Source of the DNA: Strigamia acuminata
Taxonomy: Eukaryota
Direction of reading: 5' to 3'
Length of the DNA: 64,000 nucleotides
NCBI GenBank assembly: GCA_949358305.1
Contig: OX442314.1
Location: 15,376,001 to 15,440,000, forward strand
Shown here piece by piece: positions 26,466 through 39,700 of this stretch. The first letter of the stretch is position 1. Each line of letters opens with the position of its first letter. The notes beneath the pieces are model-generated. The model saw only the letters and a list, made by a program, of their open reading frames with translations, made no database searches and was not told the origin of the DNA. A program made the translations under genes and the position numbers.

Positions 26466-27832
26466 ACAATGGAATCGGGTGGAAATTGCTTTTTCTTTTT
26501 AATTTAATGGCTGATTATTTTGAGATGATATTGAAATTCTTTCTATTGTTCTTCTTTTTTTCTTCTTTTTTTCTTTTATATTTTGAATTATTTTATTATT
26601 TTGCTGAAATTATTTCTTTGCGTTGTTTCAAGAAATAAAAAGATTCAAGTTGTGTTGCGTAATGTTATTTTGGTACATTTTGTAAGTGTTAAAAGTGCGA
26701 GGAATTAAATGCGTGGTCGAAAAGTTTTAAGCGCTAAGTTTATACGATCTTTTCTGCTTGGATTACGGGGATTGCGCTTGGCCGACGCGTTCGTTTTCAA
26801 CCCTTTGCGGCCGCAAATTGATGCAGTTACGATCGGGAGGGATCGGCGGGTGATGTCGAGGGAATTTTGATCGAGTATAAGGGGATTTTTTACGCCTTTT
26901 AGTGTTGCAAATTAATCGAAACAAATATTCTTGTTTTAAGAAATAAAGTTCAACTAAAACAAGAAGAATTCTAACTATAAAAATAAGTATAAAAAAAATT
27001 TAGTTTGGTTAGGTGGTGTACTTGTGTACCGATCACGTACAACATGGGTTTCAAGTGTTTCTGCAAATATTGTCCGCAGAAAGAACCTTCCACTTATGTC
27101 CATTAGCTCTTGAGTTCTTAATTGGTTTTCAGTCTAAGCTCTCTGGAGAGTTTCTTTGTTTATATATGGAAGAATTTGGTTTGTTTTTGTCTCTTTTAAA
27201 GAAAAATCAGGAAGGGAAGTTGAGTAAAAAATTTGATGAATTTCTTTGTGTAATGTAGAACCGCTCAAAAGTGTGTATCAACTCACGATTTTACAATCGA
27301 ATTTTCTGAAAGGTAATTTGTATCGGAGTCGATGGGTGGAATTCAAAGGGTTATGGAGGTGCGTTCCCTCGGCTGTGGTACTCATTAATGATTCAAAAGG
27401 CTGTTGCAGGCGTCGGACGCCAGAAGGCTCAAGCAGCGTGTCATGCCGTCGCTTGGCATTTATTAAATTTTCAGATGTTGTGTGCCAGTGGGTTGGAGTT
27501 GCTGGAGTAAAGAAGAGGGAGGAGGAGGAAGAGAGGCGGAAGGGGAGTTGACGCTTGGTCTAGTCCTTCAAGTACTATGGAGAGGAGTCGTGATTAATTA
27601 TTTGCCAAAGGAGGAAATGGACGAATTGTTAATGGACTGGAAAAGGATCAAGAGGGAAATGGGAATAAAAATTGGAAATTTCATTATATTGAGGTCAATT
27701 TTTTTTAATGTATTTTGCAATTAATTTATGAATAAACAAAACGTGTTATTCATTTTTAATATTTTCCTTTTTGAGATATTAAAAAATGCAATTTTTATTC
27801 ATGTTTGTTTGTTTGTTTGTTTATTTTTTTAG

Positions 27833-27909
27833 CATCCCTACCCGTCAGAGGACCAGAAAAAACAACTGGCCCAAGACACAGGACTCACGATCCTACAGGT
27901 CAACAATTG
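27833..27909 (+). CDS. hth: homothorax/Meis internal exon: TALE PYP loop, helix 2 and start of helix 3
   Basis: Acceptor tttttttAG at 27831-27832 and donor TG|GTGAGT at 27910. The 77 nt encode HPYPSEDQKKQLAQDTGLTILQVNN(W). Too short to appear in the ORF track. Confidence 0.98.
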
Positions 27910-30900
27910 GTGAGTTTCAAACACAATTTATATTTTATTTTTTTTTTTTATAAAAGAAAATGCTTTGAATGGTTTTAAAACGCGTTTTTAAAGTGCGATA
28001 AAATGCGGTTTGGTTGTAGGTAATTTTTTTTTTTGAGACGGGCTGGGTTGGACGTGGGTTAAATGAAACGCGGTGAAAAATGTTTGCCGGAGACGAGTTG
28101 TTGCGAACGCCAAAAGCAATCATGTGTTTAGAAAAGGCCTGGTCCAATCTTGGCGGCAGCGGACGGCCATAAATTCGTTTCCCCTCGCCTACTGAGGAAT
28201 TTGAGCAACGGCAAGCAGCAACAACCGAGAGAAAGCGTCACCTAATTCACGGGAAGCGGCGGATGGAAAACGCCGGTTTGGAACGCGCACGTCTGTGCAA
28301 TATTGGGCCCCCCGTATTAAACATCGGGATGCCGCAGAGGCAAGTCGTAAATAAGTCGAGGTGCATGACATCGCCAGACGCCGGGTTTGAATCGTGAATC
28401 AAAAGTGCGCGCGCGCACTATTAAACCGCACCACGCAGTGTAAACGGGCCGAGTAATTGCATTTCTCGGCCGTCTCCGCCCACGGTTTTTGACTGTTCAA
28501 AGTTGTGCTCGAAACGGCCGGGATTCATGTCGTGAGTCATGCAAGATGGTCATGGGTGCAAAGAATTCGAGGCATGTTGATATTGCGTCGTGGGTGGGGA
28601 CTGGGGAATAATGTTGTTGTAAATTGTTGGAAAGGAACGAGGAAGGAGACATTGGCAGCAGGAGCAGCGTCGTATAATTAGCGTTTTTGCATTCCTAAAT
28701 GGATTCTTGAGGGTTTGATAGGCGACAATTCATCAGACCTAACTGCAACGACCGTTTTAATTTGCATTTGCATCCTCAGTCACGTCGAAATTGAAAGCGA
28801 AAGGGGAATGTTTTTCTCCGCCCCGTTCAATCCTTTGTAGACATTCTTACAAGGATTATGAAGAAGACCACACACACCTGTAAAGAGTCGAATTACACAT
28901 ATCCCATACACACACGCTCTTTCTTCGTATACGCTCCCTCAGGTATTAATCGAGGATCCATCTGTCAATAGGGGATGAATTCATTCCTCCCCCGCTTGCA
29001 GCTGTCGCAAGATGACACCTTAGTTGAATGAAAACGGGTGGGATCTTCAACCCCTGCTCCTATTTCTTATTAACCATCACCCCTATTCGCTCCTCACTCT
29101 TTCTTTTAAGTGCACATGTCGCTCTCTTCATCTATTTATCGTTGTCGTTCTTCATTCTTTTTCTTTTATCTTGATGCTTTCTGTTTCTGCAAAAAAATAA
29201 AAACGGAAAATACAATATTATCAATATTAGTAAAATTATACATTCAAAATGGTTGATCGTAGCACGTAACTGCTGGAATTTAAATTTTCTTAATTTTTTT
29301 TTTTGGGTGGAATGGTTTGCCTTTTCTTTACTAGAGGAGGATGTCATAAGGGGTCGCTGGATGTCTCTATTTAGGGTGATTTGCAATAATGTTGTATAAT
29401 GGCTGCCATTATGAAAAAAGGATATACTTAAGAGACATTGTGGGTCATTCCTATGATTCATCACCATCATCATGATGCGCATGCAACCACCGGTGGTTGT
29501 GGTTCACTCATTTGGAATAGAATATTTTTTTTAAATTTACATTTTTTATTTTTTATCTGTGTGTGTATGTAAAAATATATATATAAAGAAATGGATAGGA
29601 TCTTTGTTATTGTGATAGATTTTCAAGGAGTTTTTTTTTTTTCAAAACATATTTTTTTGGTCTTTTGTATCGAATGAGTAGAGGGTTTAACCCTCAATTC
29701 TTTCTATTCTTGTCTCCCTTGGTGTAATTCGATATTCCAGCTGGGTTGTATTATTATCATTTGTCTCGTGCAAACATTTTTATTTTTTGAATACATTATT
29801 TTTTTTTTCGCTTTTTTAAAAATTTAAACCACGATTTTTTTTTTCTTTTTTTCTTTTAATTGATTTTTCCCGCTTTTTATGGTCTATCTGAGTTTTGTTA
29901 GTAAAATTAATTTGCATATTTAATGAAAAGGGCTGTTTACAAAATGTCAGGTGCGTGACAGGTGAACGGAAAAAAGCTCGTCGTTTAAACTTGAATCTTT
30001 TTTTAATTCATTCATTCTTTATTTCAATATTCGTCAAAATTTTTTTTTCTTATTTTTGTTTCTAATGGATTTTTTTTTGCCTCTCTTGATCCTGCTTCCA
30101 TTTAAGATTAGTGACCACTGAGTGGTGGTCAGTTAATGGCTGCAATTGAATCATTAATGAAGAATTTGGTCGAAATAAGGGGGTCTATGACATTAACGAG
30201 TAACTAGTCTATTGAATGTCTCTAGGGATCTACAACACGACGCTGGAACCAAGAAAATGGCCAGGGGAAAATGAGTAAACAAATATATTAATCCTCAGGA
30301 CGATATTACGGGCACTAGTTTATTCTGTGTAGTTGATATCAAAGCGTCACGTTTATCAGGTCGATTATGAAACGATGTTAAAGTGTAAAGCAATCAGAAG
30401 AGGACGAGATTTGATGGGGTAAACGCGCGCAAGACGCGCGCGCTGCACATGTGGGGAGTTCTTTTTGATTCTTTGCCAGAAGCAGTCAGATGGAGACAAT
30501 GGGCGGTGGATGAGGGAGTAATGTGGAGGAAAAGGGAACAGAATCTTGCGTTTTACGACCCACGTTAATTTCTTAAAAGCAAGTGCCATCTTGCAACGTG
30601 AAGAAAGAGAAAACGCGGCGGTCGAAGGGCGGCGCCCGTGGCGGGCTGGGGAGGTCGGAGCAATTTGCCGCCTTTTTGCAAGATCAGACTTTGGGAATTG
30701 CTGTAGGATCATTGAATGCGGGTTGAAGAGAAATAAAAAAAAAAGTCAAATAAAAAAACGATAATATGGGGCGGGAGGAATGGGTAAAAATGGTGGCGTC
30801 ATTTTGTCGCGACGCGATGGTTTTTAATTGATGTGTTTACGTTCTCCTCTTCTTTTTTTAATGTGACAAGGCAGAAAAAGAGGGAAATGATTTTGTTTTG

Positions 30901-33580
30901 AAGCTGTGTTTGCTGTGTGTGCTGACGAAAAGCAACATTATTTTAAAGCACACAAAAGGCTGGGCTTGCGTGTCGTTTCTGTTGGTGTCGTCGAAAAGGA
31001 GCGTGAGGTGATTGCCCCTCGGCTGATTGGCAAGTCCAATTAAATTCAAAGCGACTTAACCTTCTTTAATTGCATGATAACGCGCCCTACAGCACAAGAG
31101 CGGCTTTATCGAGCAATTAACTGCGCAGCTCAACAAGCTGCAGCTAAGACAAAATGAGTCGTGATGGCCGACATGAGCAAAATATTATTAAAGCGAAAGG
31201 ATATTTTGTTGGACGCAACATTCCATCTTCCTGAATAATCTTTTCTCTCGGTACACTTCCGTCCTGTCATGTGCATAGGGAAGCCATACACGTTCCTTCT
31301 CCCCCCCTCTCTCCCCCTCTCTCTCTTCTTGTATATACGTTCCCACCGGTGACAGCTGCGAAAAATTCGTTTGTGGGTCCATTGTACGTTGTGTCGTATC
31401 CCCCCACGCAACAAGAATGACAGGGAGGGTGGTTTTGTGTCCTTCTCACCTGTGTGTAAATGGAGAATGAATTGTAGTGCTATTTTTCTATTTTTTTTAA
31501 TATTATTTTTTTGCGTTTACATTTATTCTGATTTTTACTTTTTTATCGATTTTGAAATGGAAGAAAATTGGAAAATGTCGGCATTTTGTGTTTAAAAGGT
31601 TTGATTTAGTTGTTTGTCTTTAATCCTCGATGGACTTGACCCCGAGTCGTGATTGTACTATTAGGGAAAGAAAAGGGCTCGGAATCGGATTGTATTATGT
31701 TGGCAACACTACTAATTTCACACCATCTTTCCTCTCCCCTTTTACAAATGGCTCGATGGAAACAGCTGGAAGAAAAGAAACGTCGATTAGCTCAACATGG
31801 TGAGTGCAGCATCCCGTTGCTATTGGCAACCAAATGCTAGTCGGAACCGCCCCCGACCAATTAACAGATGCCTCAATCAAAGGGTAAAAGTGTGAGTAAA
31901 ATGCAGGGCATACTCTGCAGACGAGGCCGCCGCATTCGTGTCGTGAGTTGCATCACTGTAATTGAATGCACCAGCAATAAAATTTGTTGACGTCAGTTTT
32001 TGCGCCAGGGAGTGGGTGCATATTATTAAAAGATACAAGATTTCTTTTTTCTTTACACCTTGACCTTGATGCTGCCAGGAGATTGCGTTCAGGTGTGCGT
32101 CCTTGGTCAAAAGCATTGGAGAAGAAAATTTCTCGCTACTTTTTCCCCCCCGAAGGGACATTGGCTCTGGAAGGGGCATCGTTTTAATGAACACTCGGAT
32201 AGTTGGAAACAGAGCTTACTGTCTGCCGGTCTCTAACAATTCCTAACCGAGCTTAGGCACAGCTTAATGGATCCGTGTTCTCTGCAGTCCTCCATTAGAG
32301 AGTGCCACAGGTAGTGCCACCTGATTTATGTCGCCTAATTGGACGGACTAGGTCGAGTGGCAGAAATTGTGAGATGTAAACATCGCGAATTATCGAGCCA
32401 CGAATTTGTGTCCGGCGTTGAATGCGTTGTTTTCAGCCCTGTAGCGTTTGTTTTCAATCAAGTCTCCCCTCTAGTGCGGAATCTGGACTCTATTGATTTG
32501 CATGAAAATGGTATCAGACCCCACCCATAAGGGAACCGGGGCATATTCGCCTCTTCCCAGCCATTGCTTTAATTACTTGGTCAGACTCGGTGTCTTTCGC
32601 TTCCTTCGAGGTAGAATTAAAGTAATTATCGGTACATGTCACCCGTCTTGTGACCTTTTCTTCCCTTTCCCTCCGTTTTACTTGAGGAAATTGGTAATAA
32701 AAAAAATTGTCATTGTTTTGTAAGGGTTCGATATTTGACGAGTGGTCTATAATTGCAAGCAGGGCGATGATGGAGGGGGTTGTGAAGAACCCTCTCGTAA
32801 AAAAATACTAAGGAAGCATTTTTATATTCGGAATGAGTTGGGTTGAAGGCTCTATGGAAATCCCCGGGTGTTTAAATTACGACTCTGGATGACAGTTAGG
32901 ACCCGCCAAAAGACACATTGACACCAGGCATGGAGAAGGAAGGGGAGGGATGCAAGTACAGATTGAGACGAGGGAAAGGAAACCATCAGACCCATGCTTC
33001 GCCCATTGGCCCATTTCATTGTTTCTCTATTAAATTTGGGGGAGATGTGTCGCACTTTGAGGGCAGAAGAGGGGGGCATGGATTTGTCGCTCGTTGGAAT
33101 TTGTAAGCAGGGAAAGGGAAAGGGAAGGGAAGGCAAAGGCATGATGATGATATATATTCTACCTTATATAAATACATACATACTTAAATATATATGGTTT
33201 TTCGAAGGAAACCCCTCTGTGCTAGGTCACGACCCTATAGTGTTGGATATATCTTTACCAGTAAAAGGATAGTCAATCAAAGCCGGGCAATAAAGTTGTT
33301 GTCGGACCATGGGGTTGTTGATTTATGACGCGAATAGTTTGTTGCGAAGGGCGAGATTGAAGTTTAAAGATAAAGTTATTTAATTATTCTGATACCGTGG
33401 TTTGGGAACAGGTTTGAATGATATAGAAAATCAATCAAATTGCAAACATGTTTTTAATTTTATCAAGAATTAATATTTGCTAAGAGATAAAGCCGAAACT
33501 GCACACCGGAAACTCTGGTCAATACACCGAACCCTTCTTTTGTTATTTCTGAATGTGAACACAAAGACAATTTGCAATCA

Positions 33581-33627
33581 ATAAAATAAAATAAAATAAA
33601 ATAAAATAAAATAAAATAAAATAAAAT
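33581..33627. repeat. (ATAAA)n pentanucleotide microsatellite, about 9 units
   Basis: Directly visible. It produces the FILFYFILFY low-complexity ORFs on the minus strand. Confidence 0.95.
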
Positions 33628-36600
33628 GGGTTCCGTGCGTAGGTGAATTTTGGCGATGGCTGCATGTAGAACATGCGTGCTCGAAGGAGAAGGTTTAGGT
33701 TTGTGCGGATGGCGAAAGAGACAGTCGTCATTGCCGATGAATCGAGGCTGCACGAGTGACGGAGGTTGAGGATGGGATGGTGGGAGGGTGGGAATTCTCA
33801 TTACAATTGTTGAATGATAATTAAATTGTAATCTGCTTCTCTTTAGGGGCGTTGGAACGAGAGGGCGAATTATCTATCCTCATTAAATTTCACTCGCAAG
33901 ATTTTGGCCTTGCGTTCGGTCTCGCTGATAAGGAAAATTTAAATTAAGCATGCATGTCTAAAGAATGAGACTGAGCAACCATTTTGTTGAGTTTAGGCTC
34001 GGCTAGGCTGTACAAGCTAAGCTCCTGAGTGAGAAGTCATTAGTGTAGAGTCCCTCGTGTTTCTAATTAATTAGTGGACGTTGCACTCTTGTGTGCAAGG
34101 GGGAACGCGGTGATGGATTGTTCGCCCGACCACAGTGGTCAGACAGAGTATCCAAACGCGCAAGCGCAATTCGTTTTCGCTCGAATGATAAGTATGGAAA
34201 CGGATACGAGCGCGCTGGATATTGTGCATTGCATCATTTCAATATTTTCATCGATTTCTCCGATTGATAAAGTTCGCTGTAGTTTTAAGCGTTCGAAAAA
34301 GGGTGTGCGCGCTGGCAGGGGCGTGTTTGAAATTGAAAATAATCCATCATTTTTTGTGTACACGCTTTATAATATCCAAAGTGACAAGTTTGTTGTAAAT
34401 GATGATTGAAGTGTGTGTTAATGAAAAAATGGAAAATGACGTGCGCGTGATGATGATGAGGGTTTGTTGATTAATCAGAAGAAGAAAAAAAGTATTTTTG
34501 TCTCAGATGATTATTTCGACTCGGAGTATTAGTATTAGTTTTGACTTTTGAATCGCAACTCGCCAGGTTTAATTTGGCTCGACAGCTGCAAGAAAATGAT
34601 AAATCTGATTCATCCATCTTATCGTTGTGCATTGATATGCAAAATTAATGTTAAGTGCAAAGGGAGAAAAATATTCCAGGCAGATATTTATATAAACACA
34701 AATCTCCATCACAATAACACGAGGGAAGATTTTTGTTTTAATTTTTCTTCTTCGAGGAAGAAAATGTATATCGTAGACAGTTGCAATTAATTGATGAAAA
34801 GAAAATGGCCGTTTTGGTTTGTTGCTTCCTTTGAATCGTATACTTAACCATAATTGTATTCCATTAAGGGGATCTAAAAATTTCCTTCATTTGATGAATG
34901 GATGACAGCGATGGGGGTGTTTGATGACTGTATAGATGAAAATGGCAGGCGGAAGGGGGCAAGGTCAAGACTTTCTCTCGTTCTCCCCCTACTTTGTGTC
35001 TCTATGACAACGGAAGAGAATGCCTAGTGGTGTCGACTCATTAATATGCATGATGGTGGCGCATGACGTGGAGAGGGGTGAAGTGCCATCTGTCACCCTC
35101 CACCCTCGTTCCTGTTATGATATATATTTGTAAGGATTGAATTGCCAAGTCTTTTGTGAACTTGTTCGCGCACATTTCTCAAGACGCGGGGGAAGTGCAT
35201 AAAGAGTTTAGGAGATGGGTTCGAATTTTTGCTAATGACATTGCTTGGTTTCCTGTTTGTGATGATCACTTGGTGAGGGAGGGGGTCCCCAAAATCCATC
35301 AGGGGGGACTAAACCTCTTTTCCCCACTTCTATTTTTATCTCCCTCTGTGTGGGAGTGGGAGTGCATATCAGCCGCTTGTCCAACACGATATGCAATAAA
35401 AGCACACGTCCCGCTTTCTTCTTCTTCTTTTTCTGATAAAATTGATACGTAGGTCCGGTCGGCTAGTTGGCTTTGTCTTTATCTTTAATGTGGACATGGT
35501 TTCTTGTGTGTGTTTGGTCGGCAACAAGGAAGATAGGGAGAAGAGGAGAAGGAGGAGGGCAATGGCTTTTTGTGCAGCTCCTCCCTTAAACCCTTGATCC
35601 TGTTGGATGCTCGATTACATTGGCATGGAGAGGGCAATCTCTCCCCTTTTTGCTCTTGGTCCGCTTCCTCTCACCCCTCACTTTGGATATATACCCCCTT
35701 ATCGTCTTGTGTGCTGGCCATCTACACTGATCTGTGAAGCAGCAAAAGGACCTCAGCGTGTGTTGGCCATTTTCCGCCTCAGTTTGCCGCCAAGAGGATC
35801 CCCTGCTGGGTCGAGCCAATCCAGCAACCACTAGAAGCTGCTAGCATCACAATGGCGGCTTCCCCTTCGTTTTTACAAGTCGACTCGAGGCGGAGGATGG
35901 TATATTCCCTTTGTGTAAAGACTCTTTATCCCCCTTCTCCAAATACCTCTTGGGTTGAGAAGGTCCGAACTCCGAACCTTCTTTTTAGGCCCGTGTTTTC
36001 TTAGCTTTGAAGCAGTGCTGTTGATAAACGCCAATTGATAACAGTTTTGCAATAAACCCATAGTGGAGAAGTGGGGTGGGTTTGGAGGAGTGTAATCGGA
36101 TTATCTTTCACCCCTTCGGTACCCAACACGTGTTGGCAGTATTGAAAGGGTTGTTTGTTTTTTAAAGCTGGTTACGATTGGCAAGTAATCCTCTTTGATG
36201 GAGGCTTATTATCTCGTTATGAATATTTTTAGAATGCTGGCGACTATTTCTTGTCGGAAATTCGGCATGACCGCAAAAAGTAATTTGAATGGAAACGGAG
36301 TTTGCGATGAATGCAAATGGAGTTGAAATTTCGGAAAAATGAAAATTTTTGGGATTTGATGGTTTTTTTTTTTTATTTTAAAAATACATATTTTTTTTTT
36401 ATTATTATTATTTAGTTTCAGTTGTATTGTTCTTCTCTTTTGCTATCTGGCACTTTTAATGTTTTTCTAATCAGCTTGTAATGTGATTCTGCAGCAGTGG
36501 GCCAGAGTTCGACGCTAGTCATTTGTCACTTGTCAGCCATAATGGCTTTGCTGGCCCCGCCCCTTCTCCCAGCGTAATTACAATGGAAGTTGATGAGCTA

Positions 36601-36709
36601 TGGCTAATGTTCCGTGGGGCCCCGAACCTAGCTCCACGCGAGCCCCCTTTCTGAATCACTTCCAGTTGGGTGTACCAAAGGGAACTGAGGGGAGAACCGA
36701 GGACCTCGG

Positions 36710-36780
36710 CCTAGCCTTGCTTTGCCTTGCCTTGCCTTGCCTTGCCTTGCCTTGCCTAGTCTTGCCTTGCCTTGCTTTGC
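36710..36780. repeat. Imperfect (CCTTG)n pentanucleotide microsatellite
   Basis: Directly visible. It produces the LALPCLALPC ORFs. Confidence 0.93.
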
Positions 36781-39700
36781 TCGCTCGCTGCCCTTTTACA
36801 GAAGGGAAATTCATTCAAGATGGAGGTGGGGTAAGAACCAGGGAGAGAGAGAGGACTATTATGAAAAGAAAAGAAGAAGAGAAAGCAGAAATGAGGATTT
36901 GTTTAGGCGAGAAAGGCGACGTTTGCATGGATTAAGTGTGGGTGTTAGTAATAAGGTCGATTTGTTAATTGGTTGGTGGCGCGGTGTGGAAGGGATTGTG
37001 TTTCCCTCTTCAATATGCAAACTGTAGTTTGATGAATGCGCCACCTCTCGGATGACAAGGGTATTAGGGGAAAGGATTAAAGTGATGTTTGTGAATGGTG
37101 GCTCCTCTTTGTGTCCTGTGTGGCTTTGCTAGCTTCTTAATTTGAGGTATGCGCATGCTTGCAGCGTCATTTTGAGGCAATTTTGTTTGGGGTTTGGTTT
37201 GTAGGATATGAGAATGTACACGAGGGGAGAAAACAGTGCATGTTTTGGTCGTGATTTATGTGCGTGATGAATTTTGTGCTAGTCATTTTTTTTTATTCAG
37301 CGCTTGGATATGGAGTAGTGTGGCCTGGCACTACGAGCGAGCGAGAGGGATGACCCTCTTCGGGTTAATGGCTTTGGGCTGAAACCAACACCAGATTGGC
37401 AAAATGAAATGATGGAATTTTTAATGTTTTGATTTTTCGCTTGATAAATGGGAGGGAAAAGTGTACATTTTGCCGAATTGCGATAGTCTCTTTGGTTTCC
37501 TTCGACGGGTTATCAGCTTTTCCTTCGATGTCGGTTTGCTCGCGAGTGCAGCCCTGAGCGGGAGGTAAACTCGTAGAGAAAAGTCTGCATATTACCATGA
37601 TAGTGGACAAGTTTGTGGAATCGGAATTTATTAAAGCAGGAAACTCTTTTTGCGATAATGTCTAATTGTACAACCGTTTGTCACGAGGGAGCGATATATC
37701 AAGAGTTCTCTAGCGGCCTTCCGGTTATCACTGGCCACCCGAATCGGGCTCGGTTGGGCCAATTAATGCGCGAGACTCGGTCGTTCGTTCGTTCGTTCGT
37801 TCGTTCCGTCACAAATCATAACTTCTGGATATGACTCGGAGACATTGTTGTTAAAGACGACGAGGCGACGATCATTTATTGATTTTGGGAGAACGAAATT
37901 GCAAGTTAATGGCCATAAAACTGACATTTGCTTTAGTGTTTCGTGTTTAAAATCCCGAATGTATTTCAGGTGCGCTTGCTTAAGATATTGGCACGTCACG
38001 TGATGTTTTGCCAACTAAATTCTTCTCCAATCGCCAATAAGGAGCGCAGAGGTCGTTGAGACATGCGCAGAGATTAAGCGGGGGCGAATGGTATCAGGCG
38101 ACGCCATCGGTGCGTTCAAGGCGGCCGATTCACCCCCGGACCCCTCGGGGCCCTCCTCCTCATCTCGCGTCCAGCCGTTCCTGCTGCTGCTACACGAGAT
38201 AAGACGGGGGACGCGCGCGGCCGTGACGGCAACGCGCACGTTCTACTGGCCGCAGGTCCAAACGAGGACTTTAACGTGTGATTTAGACCCGTGATATCAG
38301 ACGCTGGTCACAGTGCTCCCGATTTGTCATCAGGGGAAAGAGTCCAATGGGAAGTAGGGGGACGCGAGAACAGTCCAAGGTAGTCCAAGTGCTGGGGACG
38401 CGGGTTGTGTAGCGTGGAAACCGCCGGGAGTGAATAATCAATATGTTTGTAAACAAGAGTCATTTGAGAAGTGTTCTCGGTTGTTGCGGACGAAAATTGG
38501 TTCGATCACTCGGTGTTTGGAGAATTTTGCTCCTTTTTAATAATAAAATAAAAATATCACGTGATCGAATTCAATATGTGTGATTGGTTGAAATTAAGTG
38601 ATTTTGAGAATGGTGAGTGCGGCTTTGGTGAATTAAGAATTGAGATGATTTGAAAGGTGTAGGGCGCGGGACATTTACCCCGGGAGTGAGAAGATTTAAG
38701 CTGATTTGATTGGTCGTACTGGAGTTCGAACCATTAAAGGTGCAGTGTCTTAGTGCGGCGCACTCCAGGGCCTCTTTTGCTGCGTTTACGAGCCTATAAA
38801 GTTTGTTGTCATAGAAACGGGTTCGAATGTAATTTGGATCGGTTTTGTTTGTGGAATTTTATTTCGAGGGGTGACAAAAGAGGGTTTGTTGGTTTGTCCG
38901 TTGGTTTAATGCGTGGTATGCATGGAACGCGATGGCGTCTCTTGTCGTGTCCACGTTCATCAAAGTCTGCTTTAAGTTTAATTTGTTTCTCGTTTCGATT
39001 AAGGCGAACTCGTTTGAATGGAATTTGCTTCGTGTGTGTATATTGTATGTATACTTTATTGTGTGACATGAACGTATTGGAAAGTGAGTTTTGATTTAAT
39101 ACCTTTTCTTTTAACATGGTATTGGAAGTGATGAAATTACAAACTGTGATTGCGCGCCTGCTTTAGCTGTAATTCATCACGCGCTTGTGCGACCTTTGGC
39201 CCTTCGCGGTCATTTATAACGGGTGTCATTTCCGATTTTAGGCTTGTGCGTTTGTGGTCTTCTTATCTATCGCTGCCATCATCTATTTGTCAAAGTTAAC
39301 GTTTGTGAAATGTGTACCAGTGTTGGTGATAATGAAGATGAAACGATCGGCCCGCAAGTTGTCATAGCAACCGAATTCGACACGACGCAAGTGGATATTA
39401 GAATAAATATATTTTTTTTAAATATGGGGTAAAGAAGAGGGGGGGGAGGGCTTGATTAATAAATCACTGGGTGGCGCCAACAAATTACAAACGGTACTTT
39501 TGGGAGATGAACCAGAGGGCGCGGGAATGATAAGTAAATGATGCTTCTTATCTGGTTCCAACACACTCTCGAGAAAGAAAATTACTCGCTTCTAATGATG
39601 GTGGAAAGAGAGAAAAAGAAGTAGGGGAAAATCACACGCGAGAATTGGACTCGGAATTACTCACTAATCGCTACAAAATCAATCAATGCCTTTTTATTTC

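Noticed and set aside
29484..29499. Perfect 16-bp palindrome CAACCACCGGTGGTTG
   Set aside because: Isolated, and one palindrome of this size in 64 kb is not surprising.
33463..33801. ORFs with FILFY repeats
   Set aside because: Translation artefact of the (ATAAA)n microsatellite.
36600..37027. ORFs with LALPC repeats
   Set aside because: Translation artefact of the (CCTTG)n microsatellite.
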